Below are positions 1 through 8,070 of a stretch of DNA of 64,000 bases, piece after piece (the first letter of the stretch is position 1; the number at the start of each line of letters is the position of its first letter). Origin of the DNA: an uncultured Saprospiraceae bacterium (GTDB taxonomy: Bacteria; Bacteroidota; Bacteroidia; Chitinophagales; Saprospiraceae); contig CAYWKD010000019.1 in assembly GCA_964458705.1 (NCBI GenBank), positions 2,193-66,192 of the forward strand, given 5' to 3'. The translations under genes were made by a program, and so were the position numbers. The notes below the pieces were generated by a model that made no database searches, had not been told where the DNA came from, and was given only the letters and a program-made list of their open reading frames with translations.

Positions 1-9
1 TCAATTGAG

Positions 10-246
10 ATGTCAGAAATTAAAGACAAAGTAACCAAAATCATCGTTCAAAAATTAGGAGTGGACGAAACAGACGTTACACTGGAAGCAAGTTTTATTG
101 ATGATTTGGGAGCAGACTCTCTCGATACAGTAGAGTTGATTATGGAACTTGAGAAAGAATTTGATGTATCCATTCCCGACGAGGATGCTGAAAATATTGT
201 AACAGTAGGCAAAGCTATTGAATATTTGGAAGCGCAAAAAGCATAA
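10..246 (+). CDS. acpP: acyl carrier protein
   Basis: 78-aa ORF with the phosphopantetheine attachment motif GADSLD followed by the acidic helix [12 protein letters not shown]. Length is typical of bacterial ACP. Confidence 0.95.
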   Translation: MSEIKDKVTKIIVQKLGVDETDVTLEASFIDDLGADSLDTVELIMELEKEFDVSIPDEDAENIVTVGKAIEYLEAQKA

Positions 247-264
247 TTAAACCGCTTGTTTGTT

Positions 265-327
265 TTATGGTCATTAGTCAGTGTAAAATACTAGCCAATG
301 ACCATAACCTTTTTACTTTTTTTTATT
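265..327 (+). terminator. Rho-independent terminator after acpP
   Basis: Perfect 11-bp inverted repeat TTATGGTCATT (265-275) / AATGACCATAA (297-307), followed by the T-rich tract CCTTTTTACTTTTTTTTATT. Confidence 0.6.
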
Positions 328-477
328 GATCCTATCTTTTGCTCGCTCACAGCAACCGTGTACTTTAAAATGTTACTCGGTCATCTTCTCATAAAATAGT
401 CATTTTTTTCTCTACTCCGTAGCGGATAGAAATATACTCGATTTACAAGACAACTAGTTCATTATAAAATTCCTTAT

Positions 478-485
478 TAACTTTG
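478..485 (+). promoter_or_regulatory. Bacteroidota-type -7 promoter box (TAACTTTG) upstream of glyA
   Basis: Exact match to TAnnTTTG, 40 nt upstream of the glyA ATG. No clear -33 TTTG was seen. Confidence 0.3.
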
Positions 486-524
486 TACAACAATTAATAA
501 GTGCGGCTTAAAAAGTAAACAGAG

Positions 525-1811
525 ATGAAAAAGGATACACAATTATTTAGTCTTATTGATAAAGAACTGGAACGTCAACAAAGAGGTATAGAATTAATCG
601 CCTCTGAAAATTTCACTAGTCCAGCCGTCATGGCAGCAATGGGGTCTTGTTTGACCAATAAATATGCAGAGGGCTATCCGGGAAAACGATACTACGGAGG
701 TTGTGAAATTGTGGATCAAGTAGAAACCCTAGCCATTGAACGCTTAAAAACATTATTTGGTGCAGATTACGCCAATGTGCAACCACACTCGGGAGCGCAA
801 GCTAATGCAGCCGTCTTTTTAGCTTGTTTAAAGCCAGGAGAAGCAACACTGGGATTCGACCTTGCACACGGCGGACACCTATCGCATGGTTCTCCTGCCA
901 ACTATTCTGGTAAAGTATATGACGCTCACTTTTATGGTGTAGAAGAAGATACGGGAATGATTGATATGAATAAAGTGGAAGCAAAAGCTAAGGCAGTAAA
1001 GCCTAAGTTATTGATTTGTGGGGCTTCCGCTTATTCAAGAGATTGGGACTACAAACGCTTTAGAGCCATAGCAGATGAAGTTGGTGCACTGCTGCTCGCT
1101 GATATTGCTCACCCAGCAGGATTAATTGCAGCAGGTCTCTTGAATGATCCATTGGAATATTGCCACATTGTAACTTCTACTACTCATAAAACTTTGAGAG
1201 GACCAAGAGGTGGTATTATTATGATGGGGAAAGATTTTCCCAATACGTTAGGTATTTTGACAAAAAGTGGTAAGCGCAAGCGTATGTCCACCCTACTAAA
1301 CGGTGGTGTTTTCCCAGGCACGCAGGGCGGTCCTTTGGAGCACGTCATCGCAGCAAAAGCAGTAGCGTTTGGCGAGGCATTAGAAGACTCCTTTAAGCTC
1401 TATGGTCAGCAGGTCATCAAAAATGCTCAAGTCATGGCGAGTGCCTTTATTGAAAAAGGCTACAAAATTATCTCTGGTGGCACTGATAACCACTCCATGT
1501 TGATTGATTTAAGTCCTAAAAATGTAACAGGCAAAGCAGTAGAAGCAGCCTTGGGCCATGCTGACATCACTGTAAACAAAAACATGGTACCATTCGATAA
1601 GCAATCACCGATGGTAACTTCGGGCATTCGCATTGGTACAGCTGCCGTTACAACTCGTGGATTCAAAGAAGATCATTGTTTGCAAACAGTAGAATGGATT
1701 GATAAGATCGTCAATAATATAGATAACTCCGCTGTGCAGCAGTCTATTAGGCGAGATATAAATGAATTTATGGAGCAGTTTTCTTTGTATGAGGAAGCTA
1801 TTTTAGTATGA
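525..1811 (+). CDS. glyA: serine hydroxymethyltransferase
   Basis: 428-aa ORF with SHMT hallmarks: GGHLSHG and the PLP-lysine context [14 protein letters not shown]. Confidence 0.95.
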   Translation: MKKDTQLFSLIDKELERQQRGIELIASENFTSPAVMAAMGSCLTNKYAEGYPGKRYYGGCEIVDQVETLAIERLKTLFGADYANVQPHSGAQANAAVFLACLKPGEATLGFDLAHGGHLSHGSPANYSGKVYDAHFYGVEEDTGMIDMNKVEAKAKAVKPKLLICGASAYSRDWDYKRFRAIADEVGALLLADIAHPAGLIAAGLLNDPLEYCHIVTSTTHKTLRGPRGGIIMMGKDFPNTLGILTKSGKRKRMSTLLNGGVFPGTQGGPLEHVIAAKAVAFGEALEDSFKLYGQQVIKNAQVMASAFIEKGYKIISGGTDNHSMLIDLSPKNVTGKAVEAALGHADITVNKNMVPFDKQSPMVTSGIRIGTAAVTTRGFKEDHCLQTVEWIDKIVNNIDNSAVQQSIRRDINEFMEQFSLYEEAILV

Positions 1812-1825
1812 TACTTTTGCTTTTT

Positions 1826-1874
1826 CTTGTTGTTAGTACCTTATGTTCAAACAATATGGGTTACTAACAACAAG
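1826..1874 (+). terminator. hairpin downstream of glyA (possible terminator)
   Basis: 13-bp perfect inverted repeat CTTGTTGTTAGTA (1826-1838) / TACTAACAACAAG (1862-1874) with a 23-nt loop. A T-run appears only about 35 nt further on, so terminator function is uncertain. Confidence 0.35.
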
Positions 1875-1985
1875 CCTTAAACGGCTGAGAACAAACCTGC
1901 TACCTGACCTTTTTTTTGTTTCTTTTGTAGAAAACCACTTGAAGTTGATCGAATCTCAAAAACTTTCATTTTGTCTAATGCTTTT

Positions 1986-1993
1986 TATATTTG
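1986..1993 (+). promoter_or_regulatory. -7 promoter box (TATATTTG) upstream of the 2018 ORF
   Basis: Exact TAnnTTTG match, 25 nt upstream of the ATG at 2018. Confidence 0.35.
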
Positions 1994-2017
1994 AAACAGC
2001 CTAATACTTAATGTGCC

Positions 2018-2665
2018 ATGCTAAAAGGACTGAAATCGCTATTTATCATTGAAGAAGAAGAAGCCAATATCAAAGAAGTTGTAGATTCAGCAGCCAAGCA
2101 AAACGCAACAAAAGTGATACAAGAAAGCAAAGCAGGGAGCAAAGGACAAGTCTCTGGTCAATTCACGGAAGTGCTACTGAGGGCAATGGAAAAAGTCAAT
2201 TTAACAGGTTTCGACTACCTAGAGTACAAAAAATCACTTCAATCACTCGCTAATATGCCAATGGATGAAGCTACTCAATTCAAGTCAGCCTTTGCTATGG
2301 CACAAACTATGGGAGTCTCTACGGAACATCTAGTAAAAACAGCAGAACACTATATTGGTAAGCTAGAGCAGGAAGAAAAAAAATTTGAGCAAGCACTCAG
2401 CAGCCAGCAAGAACAGCAGATTGGCTCAAAAGTGAGGCAAGTGGAACAATTACAAACGTTGGTGCAACAGAAAGCGACGCAGATTAAAAAATTGACCAAA
2501 GAAATTGAACAGCATCAAACAACGATGGCTGAGCTAAAATCAGAGCTGCAAGAAGCCAGCAGCAAAATTGAAACAACCAAGAACGATTTCATTGCTTCTT
2601 ACAATATGCTAGTGGCTCAAATTGAGCAAGACGTAAAGAAAATAAAGCAATACTTGAGTCAGTAG
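2018..2665 (+). CDS. hypothetical coiled-coil protein
   Basis: 215-aa ORF with no transmembrane segment. The C-terminal half is Q/E/K-rich with heptad-like character (EQEEKKFEQALSSQQEQQ...KKLTKEIEQHQTTMAELKSELQEA). No catalytic motif was recognised. Confidence 0.55.
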   Translation: MLKGLKSLFIIEEEEANIKEVVDSAAKQNATKVIQESKAGSKGQVSGQFTEVLLRAMEKVNLTGFDYLEYKKSLQSLANMPMDEATQFKSAFAMAQTMGVSTEHLVKTAEHYIGKLEQEEKKFEQALSSQQEQQIGSKVRQVEQLQTLVQQKATQIKKLTKEIEQHQTTMAELKSELQEASSKIETTKNDFIASYNMLVAQIEQDVKKIKQYLSQ

Positions 2666-2738
2666 CTATTCAAAGCTATATGCTTAAGAAAAGTCCTTTT
2701 AAATATTGAACTTCAACTATCAAATGGTAATATAAACT

Positions 2739-3740
2739 ATGCCTGAAAAAAAGAAAAATAAAGCATTTTGGCAGCGCCCAGAGGGAATAACAGGAGGAAT
2801 TTTTCTTACTGGACTTTTGATTGGGTTGGGGCTTTTAGTCGTTAACATCATCCCTTTATTAAATCAGTTACCTTTTGCAATTGCAGCAGGCTTGATTGTT
2901 TTTGCAACTATTTTTGCAGTGCTTGACCCTAAAACAAGGGCATTAATCAGCTACATGTATAAAAGCACCATGCGCTGGATAACTGGTTTATTTATTCAGC
3001 TTGATCCTATTGCTATCATGCAATCCTATGTAGCGGAACTACAAGGGAAACTGAAAGATATGAATAAACAGGTAGCCAAATTACGTGGCCAGATGCACAA
3101 GCTACAAGAGATTATTCATAATAACAACAAACAAATTAAAACGCATTTAAAAGATGCAAGTCAGGCTAAACAAGAGGAAGAGCGCACACAAGTCATCTTG
3201 AAAACTCGAAAAGCAGGTCGCCTCAAGGACTCTAATATGCGCTTGGAAGAGCTTTACAGCAAAATGCAAAAGCTTTATCGGGTGCTAACGAAAATGCAGT
3301 CCAATGCTGAAATTCTGATGGAAGACGTGAAAGACCAAGTGATGATAAAAGAACAGGAACGCAACGCTATCCACGCTAGTACATCTGCCATGCGATCGGC
3401 AATGAGTATTATACAAGGTGATCCCGACAAGCGAGCTATGTTCGACCAAGCAATGGAAGCAATGACAGAAGATATTAGTAATAAAGTGGGAGAAATGGAA
3501 CGCTTTATGCAAATTTCTGCCAACTTTATGGATTCTATTGACGTACAGAATGGAGTCTTTGAAGAACAGGGTATTAAAATGCTTGAGAAATGGGAGCAAG
3601 AAGCTGATTCCTTACTGCTAGGAAATGAGAAGAACGAATTGCTAGAAATGGACGATCTACTAGACTTAAATGCACCCATCGAACAAAAATCAAAAGCAGC
3701 ACCTCAGACCAATCAATATGATAGTTTCTTTGATTTTTGA
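2739..3740 (+). CDS. membrane-anchored coiled-coil protein, possible PspA/IM30 (ESCRT-III-like) fold
   Basis: 333-aa ORF with two N-terminal hydrophobic helices (GGIFLTGLLIGLGLLVVNIIPLL and FAIAAGLIVFATIFAVL). A long helical region follows, starting LDPIAIMQSYVAELQGKLKDMNKQVAKLRGQ, and resembles the PspA helical hairpin start (DP...). The fold assignment is from memory of PspA, not from a search. Confidence 0.45.
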   Translation: MPEKKKNKAFWQRPEGITGGIFLTGLLIGLGLLVVNIIPLLNQLPFAIAAGLIVFATIFAVLDPKTRALISYMYKSTMRWITGLFIQLDPIAIMQSYVAELQGKLKDMNKQVAKLRGQMHKLQEIIHNNNKQIKTHLKDASQAKQEEERTQVILKTRKAGRLKDSNMRLEELYSKMQKLYRVLTKMQSNAEILMEDVKDQVMIKEQERNAIHASTSAMRSAMSIIQGDPDKRAMFDQAMEAMTEDISNKVGEMERFMQISANFMDSIDVQNGVFEEQGIKMLEKWEQEADSLLLGNEKNELLEMDDLLDLNAPIEQKSKAAPQTNQYDSFFDF

Positions 3741-3851
3741 TCTATGAGTAGTCAGAAAGGATATACTTTAACTATCAAGCATATTTTTTACTCAGAACTT
3801 CTGATTGCTAAATTTCGTAATCCAATTATGCTGTTATTAATAATTAAGACT

Positions 3852-3859
3852 TACTTTTG
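3852..3859 (+). promoter_or_regulatory. -7 promoter box (TACTTTTG) upstream of the SBP-OmpA gene
   Basis: Exact TAnnTTTG match, 55 nt upstream of the ATG at 3914. Confidence 0.3.
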
Positions 3860-3913
3860 GATGACATAGAGGTATTCTAGTAAAAGCGTAATCTGAATTC
3901 TAAAACTCGTATC

Positions 3914-5479
3914 ATGGCTAAAAGACGATTGACTTTTTTTTCTAGGCTGCTAATTGCGCTAGCAATTACTGTTGGCGTTTTCTTTGGTGGCAAATGGCTG
4001 TTGGAAAATACAGGAATAGGAGAGATGATTGGTCTCAACACTAACAATGGCACTAACTCAACTCCTACCCCAAATAATGGTAATCGCAGCAACACAAAAA
4101 GTGATGAAGACGCGGTTAGAGTGGGCGTTGTTGATTGGGTAGGTTATGCAGGTGGGCAATACTTTAACGAAGGATTTGAGGCTAACACCAATTCAAGATT
4201 CTATAAAGACTATGGGTTTGAGGTAGATTTCCGAGTCATCAATGACCCCGAAACATCTCTAGCTGCTTGGAAGCGAGGTGATTTGGATTTGCACTGGTTC
4301 ACACTAGATGCCTTTCCAACTATCTACGAAGGTATTAAAGACTATGACCCTGTTATTATCTTTCAAGCAGATTGGTCTCGTGGCGGAGATGCCATTGTCG
4401 TGAGGCGCGGTATTAACAACGTGGCTGATTTAAGCGGTAAAAAAATTGCTGTTGCAGAGCGCACGCCATCACACTCCTTTCTGCTGTGGTTGTTAGATGC
4501 AGGCGGACTTTCCCAGTCAGATGTGGAAATTATTCCAACTTCGGACGCCATTCAGGCAGGAGACTTTTTTAAAAGCCAACGAGTAGATGCAGCAGTAACT
4601 TGGAGCCCTACAGATGAAGAATGCGTCAGAGTGGTGCCAGGAGCTAGAATTTTGGAAAGCACACGTTCTGCTTCCAACATTATTGCTGACATCTTCTTCG
4701 CCAAGCGTGAATATGTGCAAGCCAACCGAGATAAATTGCAAAAACTGTATGAAGGCTGGATGATTGGAGCGGCGGAAATAGGAGCATCTCAGAAAGCTAA
4801 AGACAAGGCAGTACAAATTTTAGCACAAGGTCTAGGGTATCCACCAGAAGATATTTTAATTAATAATGCGCGCCACACAACACATGGTGACAATATCAAC
4901 TTTTTTGGTTTAAATGCAGATTATAGTGGCGTTACAGCGGGTGCACTTTATCGGAGAATGGCGGAGGACTACACCACTTTAGGGTATGTAGAAAGCGAAT
5001 TACCTTCTTGGCGTTCACTTGCTTATCCAAACATTGTGCAGCGCACTAATTTGAATGGAGGCATTCACAGTGCAGAAGCTAAAAAAACATTTGTGAAAGT
5101 AGCGGATGACGAAGCGAGTAACAAAGAGGCTATTGCCACGAAGCGAGTAAGTATCAGTTTTAGAACAGGTGAATTTCAATTGGATGAAAATGCCAAATAT
5201 ATTATTGATCGAGAGTTTGTAGAAATTGCAAAAGCCTTTGGTAATGCCCGAATTAGAATTGAGGGAAACACTGATAGCACGGGTGATCGCCTAGGTAATA
5301 TTTTACTTTCAAGCAAAAGAGCAGAAGCCGTACGCAACTATTTAGTGAACGAGCACAATATGGATTCAAACCGATTTGTCATTACTGGAAACGGACCAGA
5401 CAGGCCAGTAGCTCCAAACAATACCGAAGACGGACGCGCCAAAAATCGTCGCACTGATTTTGAACTGGTAAGAGAATAG
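3914..5479 (+). CDS. substrate-binding-protein (NMT1/SsuA-like) / OmpA C-terminal domain fusion protein
   Basis: 521 aa. It has an N-terminal membrane anchor and an N/T/P-rich linker. The central region resembles periplasmic nitrate/sulfonate/bicarbonate-type binding proteins. The C-terminus carries the OmpA-like peptidoglycan-binding signature (NTDSTGD...LSSKRAEAVRNYL...GRAKNRRTDFELV). Confidence 0.75.
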   Translation: MAKRRLTFFSRLLIALAITVGVFFGGKWLLENTGIGEMIGLNTNNGTNSTPTPNNGNRSNTKSDEDAVRVGVVDWVGYAGGQYFNEGFEANTNSRFYKDYGFEVDFRVINDPETSLAAWKRGDLDLHWFTLDAFPTIYEGIKDYDPVIIFQADWSRGGDAIVVRRGINNVADLSGKKIAVAERTPSHSFLLWLLDAGGLSQSDVEIIPTSDAIQAGDFFKSQRVDAAVTWSPTDEECVRVVPGARILESTRSASNIIADIFFAKREYVQANRDKLQKLYEGWMIGAAEIGASQKAKDKAVQILAQGLGYPPEDILINNARHTTHGDNINFFGLNADYSGVTAGALYRRMAEDYTTLGYVESELPSWRSLAYPNIVQRTNLNGGIHSAEAKKTFVKVADDEASNKEAIATKRVSISFRTGEFQLDENAKYIIDREFVEIAKAFGNARIRIEGNTDSTGDRLGNILLSSKRAEAVRNYLVNEHNMDSNRFVITGNGPDRPVAPNNTEDGRAKNRRTDFELVRE

Positions 5480-5534
5480 TAGCTTACAATGTATTAGCAA
5501 CCCTTGCTTTACCTAGTAGAGAAACGAAAAGTAA

Positions 5535-5572
5535 TTGAAGTTCAAAATCTCATATAAGGTTTTGAACTTCAA
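5535..5572. terminator. bidirectional terminator hairpin between convergent genes
   Basis: 13-bp perfect inverted repeat TTGAAGTTCAAAA (5535-5547) / TTTTGAACTTCAA (5560-5572). It lies between the stop of the SBP-OmpA gene (+) and the stop of etfA (-), and the A/T runs are part of the stem. Confidence 0.6.
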
Positions 5573-5582
5573 ACTCAAATTT

Positions 5583-6542
5583 CTAGCTTGATTTTAGTGC
5601 CTTGATCGCCGCTGTCATTTTAGGCACAACATCAAATAAATCTCCTACCACACCATAATCAGCAGCCTTGAAGAATGGTGCTTCCGGGTCTGTATTAACA
5701 ACAACAATGGTTTTGCTGTTATTTACACCAGCTAAGTGCTGAATGGCACCTGATATGCCAATAGCAATATACAAATTAGGACGAATCGCTACGCCTGTTT
5801 GTCCAACATGCTCGTGATGAGGTCTCCAACCCGTGTCTGCAACTGGGCGAGAACAAGCAGTTGTAGCTCCTAGTGCTTCGGCTAAATCCTCGATAATCCC
5901 CCAGTTTTCTGGTCCTTTCATTCCTCTACCTGCCGATACCACCAACTCAGCCTCTGGTAATGGCACAGTACCTTCTATTCTGTTCACAGCCTTTACCTTT
6001 ACTTTCGGTTCAGGCAAACTCACTTCTAGCTGCTCAACGCTTACCTCACTGCCCATTTCCTCTGGTGGAACGGCATTACCCATTAGTGAGATCAGTTTCT
6101 TTTCAGAGCTAATTTCATACACAGCAAAAGCTTTACTAGAAAATACACCTTTCTTTACTTGTAGTTTGCCATCCTTAGCTGTTGGTAGTGCATTTACACC
6201 CGATACTGAACCCGCTTCAAAACGCGCAGCTAGACGACCGAGTAAAGATTTTCCCGTCGAAGAATGATTGAGTATGATAATATCAGCTCCTAACTGCTCT
6301 ACTGCGCCAGCAATAGCAGCCGTGTAAACTTGACTATCAAATTGAGTTAAAGCATCATCGCTGATCTGATAAACTTTGGCTGCGCCGTATTTGCCTAACT
6401 GACCAGCATCTTCTGCTTCTCCAAGCACTAATACGACACACTCAGTATCAAATATTTGAGCGGTTTTAGCTCCGTAAGTTACTGTCTCGAATGTACTTTT
6501 TTTAAACTGTTTATTTTGAGACTCTGCAAAAACGAGTACCAT
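5583..6542 (-). CDS. etfA: electron transfer flavoprotein subunit alpha
   Basis: ETF-alpha FAD-binding signature PNLYIAIGISGAIQHLAGV. I place the start at the internal ATG (MVLVFAESQ..., 6542) rather than the ORF-track start at 6605, which would abut etfB. Confidence 0.9.
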   Translation of the reverse strand: MVLVFAESQNKQFKKSTFETVTYGAKTAQIFDTECVVLVLGEAEDAGQLGKYGAAKVYQISDDALTQFDSQVYTAAIAGAVEQLGADIIILNHSSTGKSLLGRLAARFEAGSVSGVNALPTAKDGKLQVKKGVFSSKAFAVYEISSEKKLISLMGNAVPPEEMGSEVSVEQLEVSLPEPKVKVKAVNRIEGTVPLPEAELVVSAGRGMKGPENWGIIEDLAEALGATTACSRPVADTGWRPHHEHVGQTGVAIRPNLYIAIGISGAIQHLAGVNNSKTIVVVNTDPEAPFFKAADYGVVGDLFDVVPKMTAAIKALKSS

Positions 6543-6605
6543 AATTTTTCTTTTAAATGTTAACAAAATCTTGACTGAATAAAACTGCTTATCTCTCGGA
6601 TTCAA

Positions 6606-7346
6606 CTATATCGCCTTTGCTTCTTCATGCAGGAGTCTTACCAACTCTTCTACATTATCAGCATCAACTAATTTTACACCGGATTTTTCTGGCGGTAGCT
6701 CATACTGAACTGCGTTCGACCAAGTTTGGAAATCAACCGGTTCTATCACTTTCAAAGGCTTGCGCTTTGCCATCATAATACCGCGCATATTGGGAATACG
6801 CTGCTCTGCCAGTCCTTTTGCGGCACTCAGTACAAACGGTGCTGTTGCCACTACTACTTCACTTCCACCTTCAATCTCCCGCTTGATAGTAGCGGTTTCA
6901 CCTTCCATTTCAAGATGCGTAGCATAAGAAACATAAGGTAAGTCCAAAAATTCAGCAATCATAGCTCCCACTTCCGAGCGATTGTGATCAATGGTTTCTT
7001 TACCCGTAAAAACAAGATCGTAACTTTCTGTCTTTGCAACTTCCGCAATTTGTTTGGCAATAAATAGCGCATTGCTATTATCTGAATTCACTCTAATCGC
7101 ACTGTCTGCTCCAATTGCTAGTGCTTTCCTGATAATCGTATCATTACCAGCATCACCGACATTGATTACTGAAACGGAACCACCCTGCGCTTCTTTGACT
7201 TCCAGCGCCCGTACTAGTGCATACCATTCGTCATAAGGATTCATGATGAACTGAACGCCATCCGTATTGAAGGACTTGCCTTCCTCTTTGAAAGATATCT
7301 TCGAAGTCGTATCTGGAACTTTACTTATACAAACTAATATTTTCAT
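6606..7346 (-). CDS. etfB: electron transfer flavoprotein subunit beta
   Basis: 246-aa ORF with the typical ETF-beta N-terminus (MKILVCISKVPDTTSKI) and length, immediately upstream of etfA. Confidence 0.9.
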   Translation of the reverse strand: MKILVCISKVPDTTSKISFKEEGKSFNTDGVQFIMNPYDEWYALVRALEVKEAQGGSVSVINVGDAGNDTIIRKALAIGADSAIRVNSDNSNALFIAKQIAEVAKTESYDLVFTGKETIDHNRSEVGAMIAEFLDLPYVSYATHLEMEGETATIKREIEGGSEVVVATAPFVLSAAKGLAEQRIPNMRGIMMAKRKPLKVIEPVDFQTWSNAVQYELPPEKSGVKLVDADNVEELVRLLHEEAKAI

Positions 7347-7635
7347 AATGTTCTATCGTTGAAATGAATAGATTTTTTATCTACTATACGATGTGTATTG
7401 TATATTAGATTCTGGAGGAACATTTAGCAATTCAGTAGAATTCCTCCATGAAACAACAGTACCTTTATTTAACTTATAGTGAACGATGTTGTCAACCAAA
7501 ATGAACTGCATCGTTTTATGTGAACACAAGATAAAATGAACTTTATAATCGGTTTCTTATCTCTTGTCGTTAATAAGTTATTTTTCGATCTTTAATGAAT
7601 GTAAAAATATATATTTAGCCACTAAAACAAGAGAT

Positions 7636-7655
7636 ATTTAGCGAAAATTCGCTAA
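7636..7655. promoter_or_regulatory. palindromic operator-like site, copy 1 (ATTTAGCGAAAATTCGCTAA)
   Basis: The 8+2+8 perfect inverted repeat TTAGCGAA-AA-TTCGCTAA extends to 9+2+9 here. An identical 20-mer recurs at 37807-37826. The site lies in the divergent etfB / TPR-gene intergenic region. Confidence 0.5.
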
Positions 7656-7689
7656 AATCTACTTTAAACTCGTCAAAGCACTGTAAAAT

Positions 7690-8022
7690 ATGAATCCATC
7701 GAAACTAGATAAATTGTTTTCCTTCTTAGAAAGTAGTCCAAATGATCCCTTTTTGATATTCGCTATTGCAAAAGAGTACGAAAAAGCCGCTGACTGGGAT
7801 AAAGCATTGCATTATTATAAGAAACTGAGTGAAAAACATGAAGATTATGTTGGCACTTATTATCATTTGGGTAAACTTCATGAACGCCTAGAACAGCCAC
7901 AAGCAGCATGGGATTGCTACAAAAAGGGCATGAGTGTTGCTAAGGCACAAAATGACCAACATGCACTAAGCGAGTTAGCAGGCGCAAAGCTAGAACTAGG
8001 AGACGAAGAGGATTTTGAGTAA
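7690..8022 (+). CDS. small tetratricopeptide-repeat protein
   Basis: 110-aa ORF with TPR-like helices (AIAKEYEKAADWDKALHYYKKL and YYHLGKLHERLEQPQAAWDCYKKG). Confidence 0.65.
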   Translation: MNPSKLDKLFSFLESSPNDPFLIFAIAKEYEKAADWDKALHYYKKLSEKHEDYVGTYYHLGKLHERLEQPQAAWDCYKKGMSVAKAQNDQHALSELAGAKLELGDEEDFE

Positions 8023-8070
8023 TTAACTAAAGTCCATTATATCCAATTCTTTTTTTCCTATTTTCGTCTC

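Noticed and set aside
247-524. Possible ZTP, THF or glycine riboswitch in the 278-nt leader upstream of glyA.
   Set aside because: No GC-rich conserved cores typical of these riboswitches are present. The region is AT-rich and is explained by the acpP terminator plus a promoter-like TAACTTTG box.
3275-3679. Antisense or alternative-frame ORFs inside confident genes. Examples are 3275-3679(-), 5833-6267(+), 21511-21999(+), 28811-29137(-), 53332-53703(-) and 56473-56889(+).
   Set aside because: They lie fully within well-supported genes on the opposite strand or in another frame, and their translations are low-complexity (S/P/A/C-rich) with no motifs. These are typical shadow ORFs.
6543-6605. 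N-terminal extensions suggested by the ORF track for etfA (6605), thiolase (35268), typA (52595), the S4 protein (29733) and GT4 (22502).
   Set aside because: The extensions have non-conserved-looking sequences, and they either abut or overlap the upstream gene or use non-ATG codons. Internal ATGs give N-termini that match the canonical family starts ([50 protein letters not shown]).
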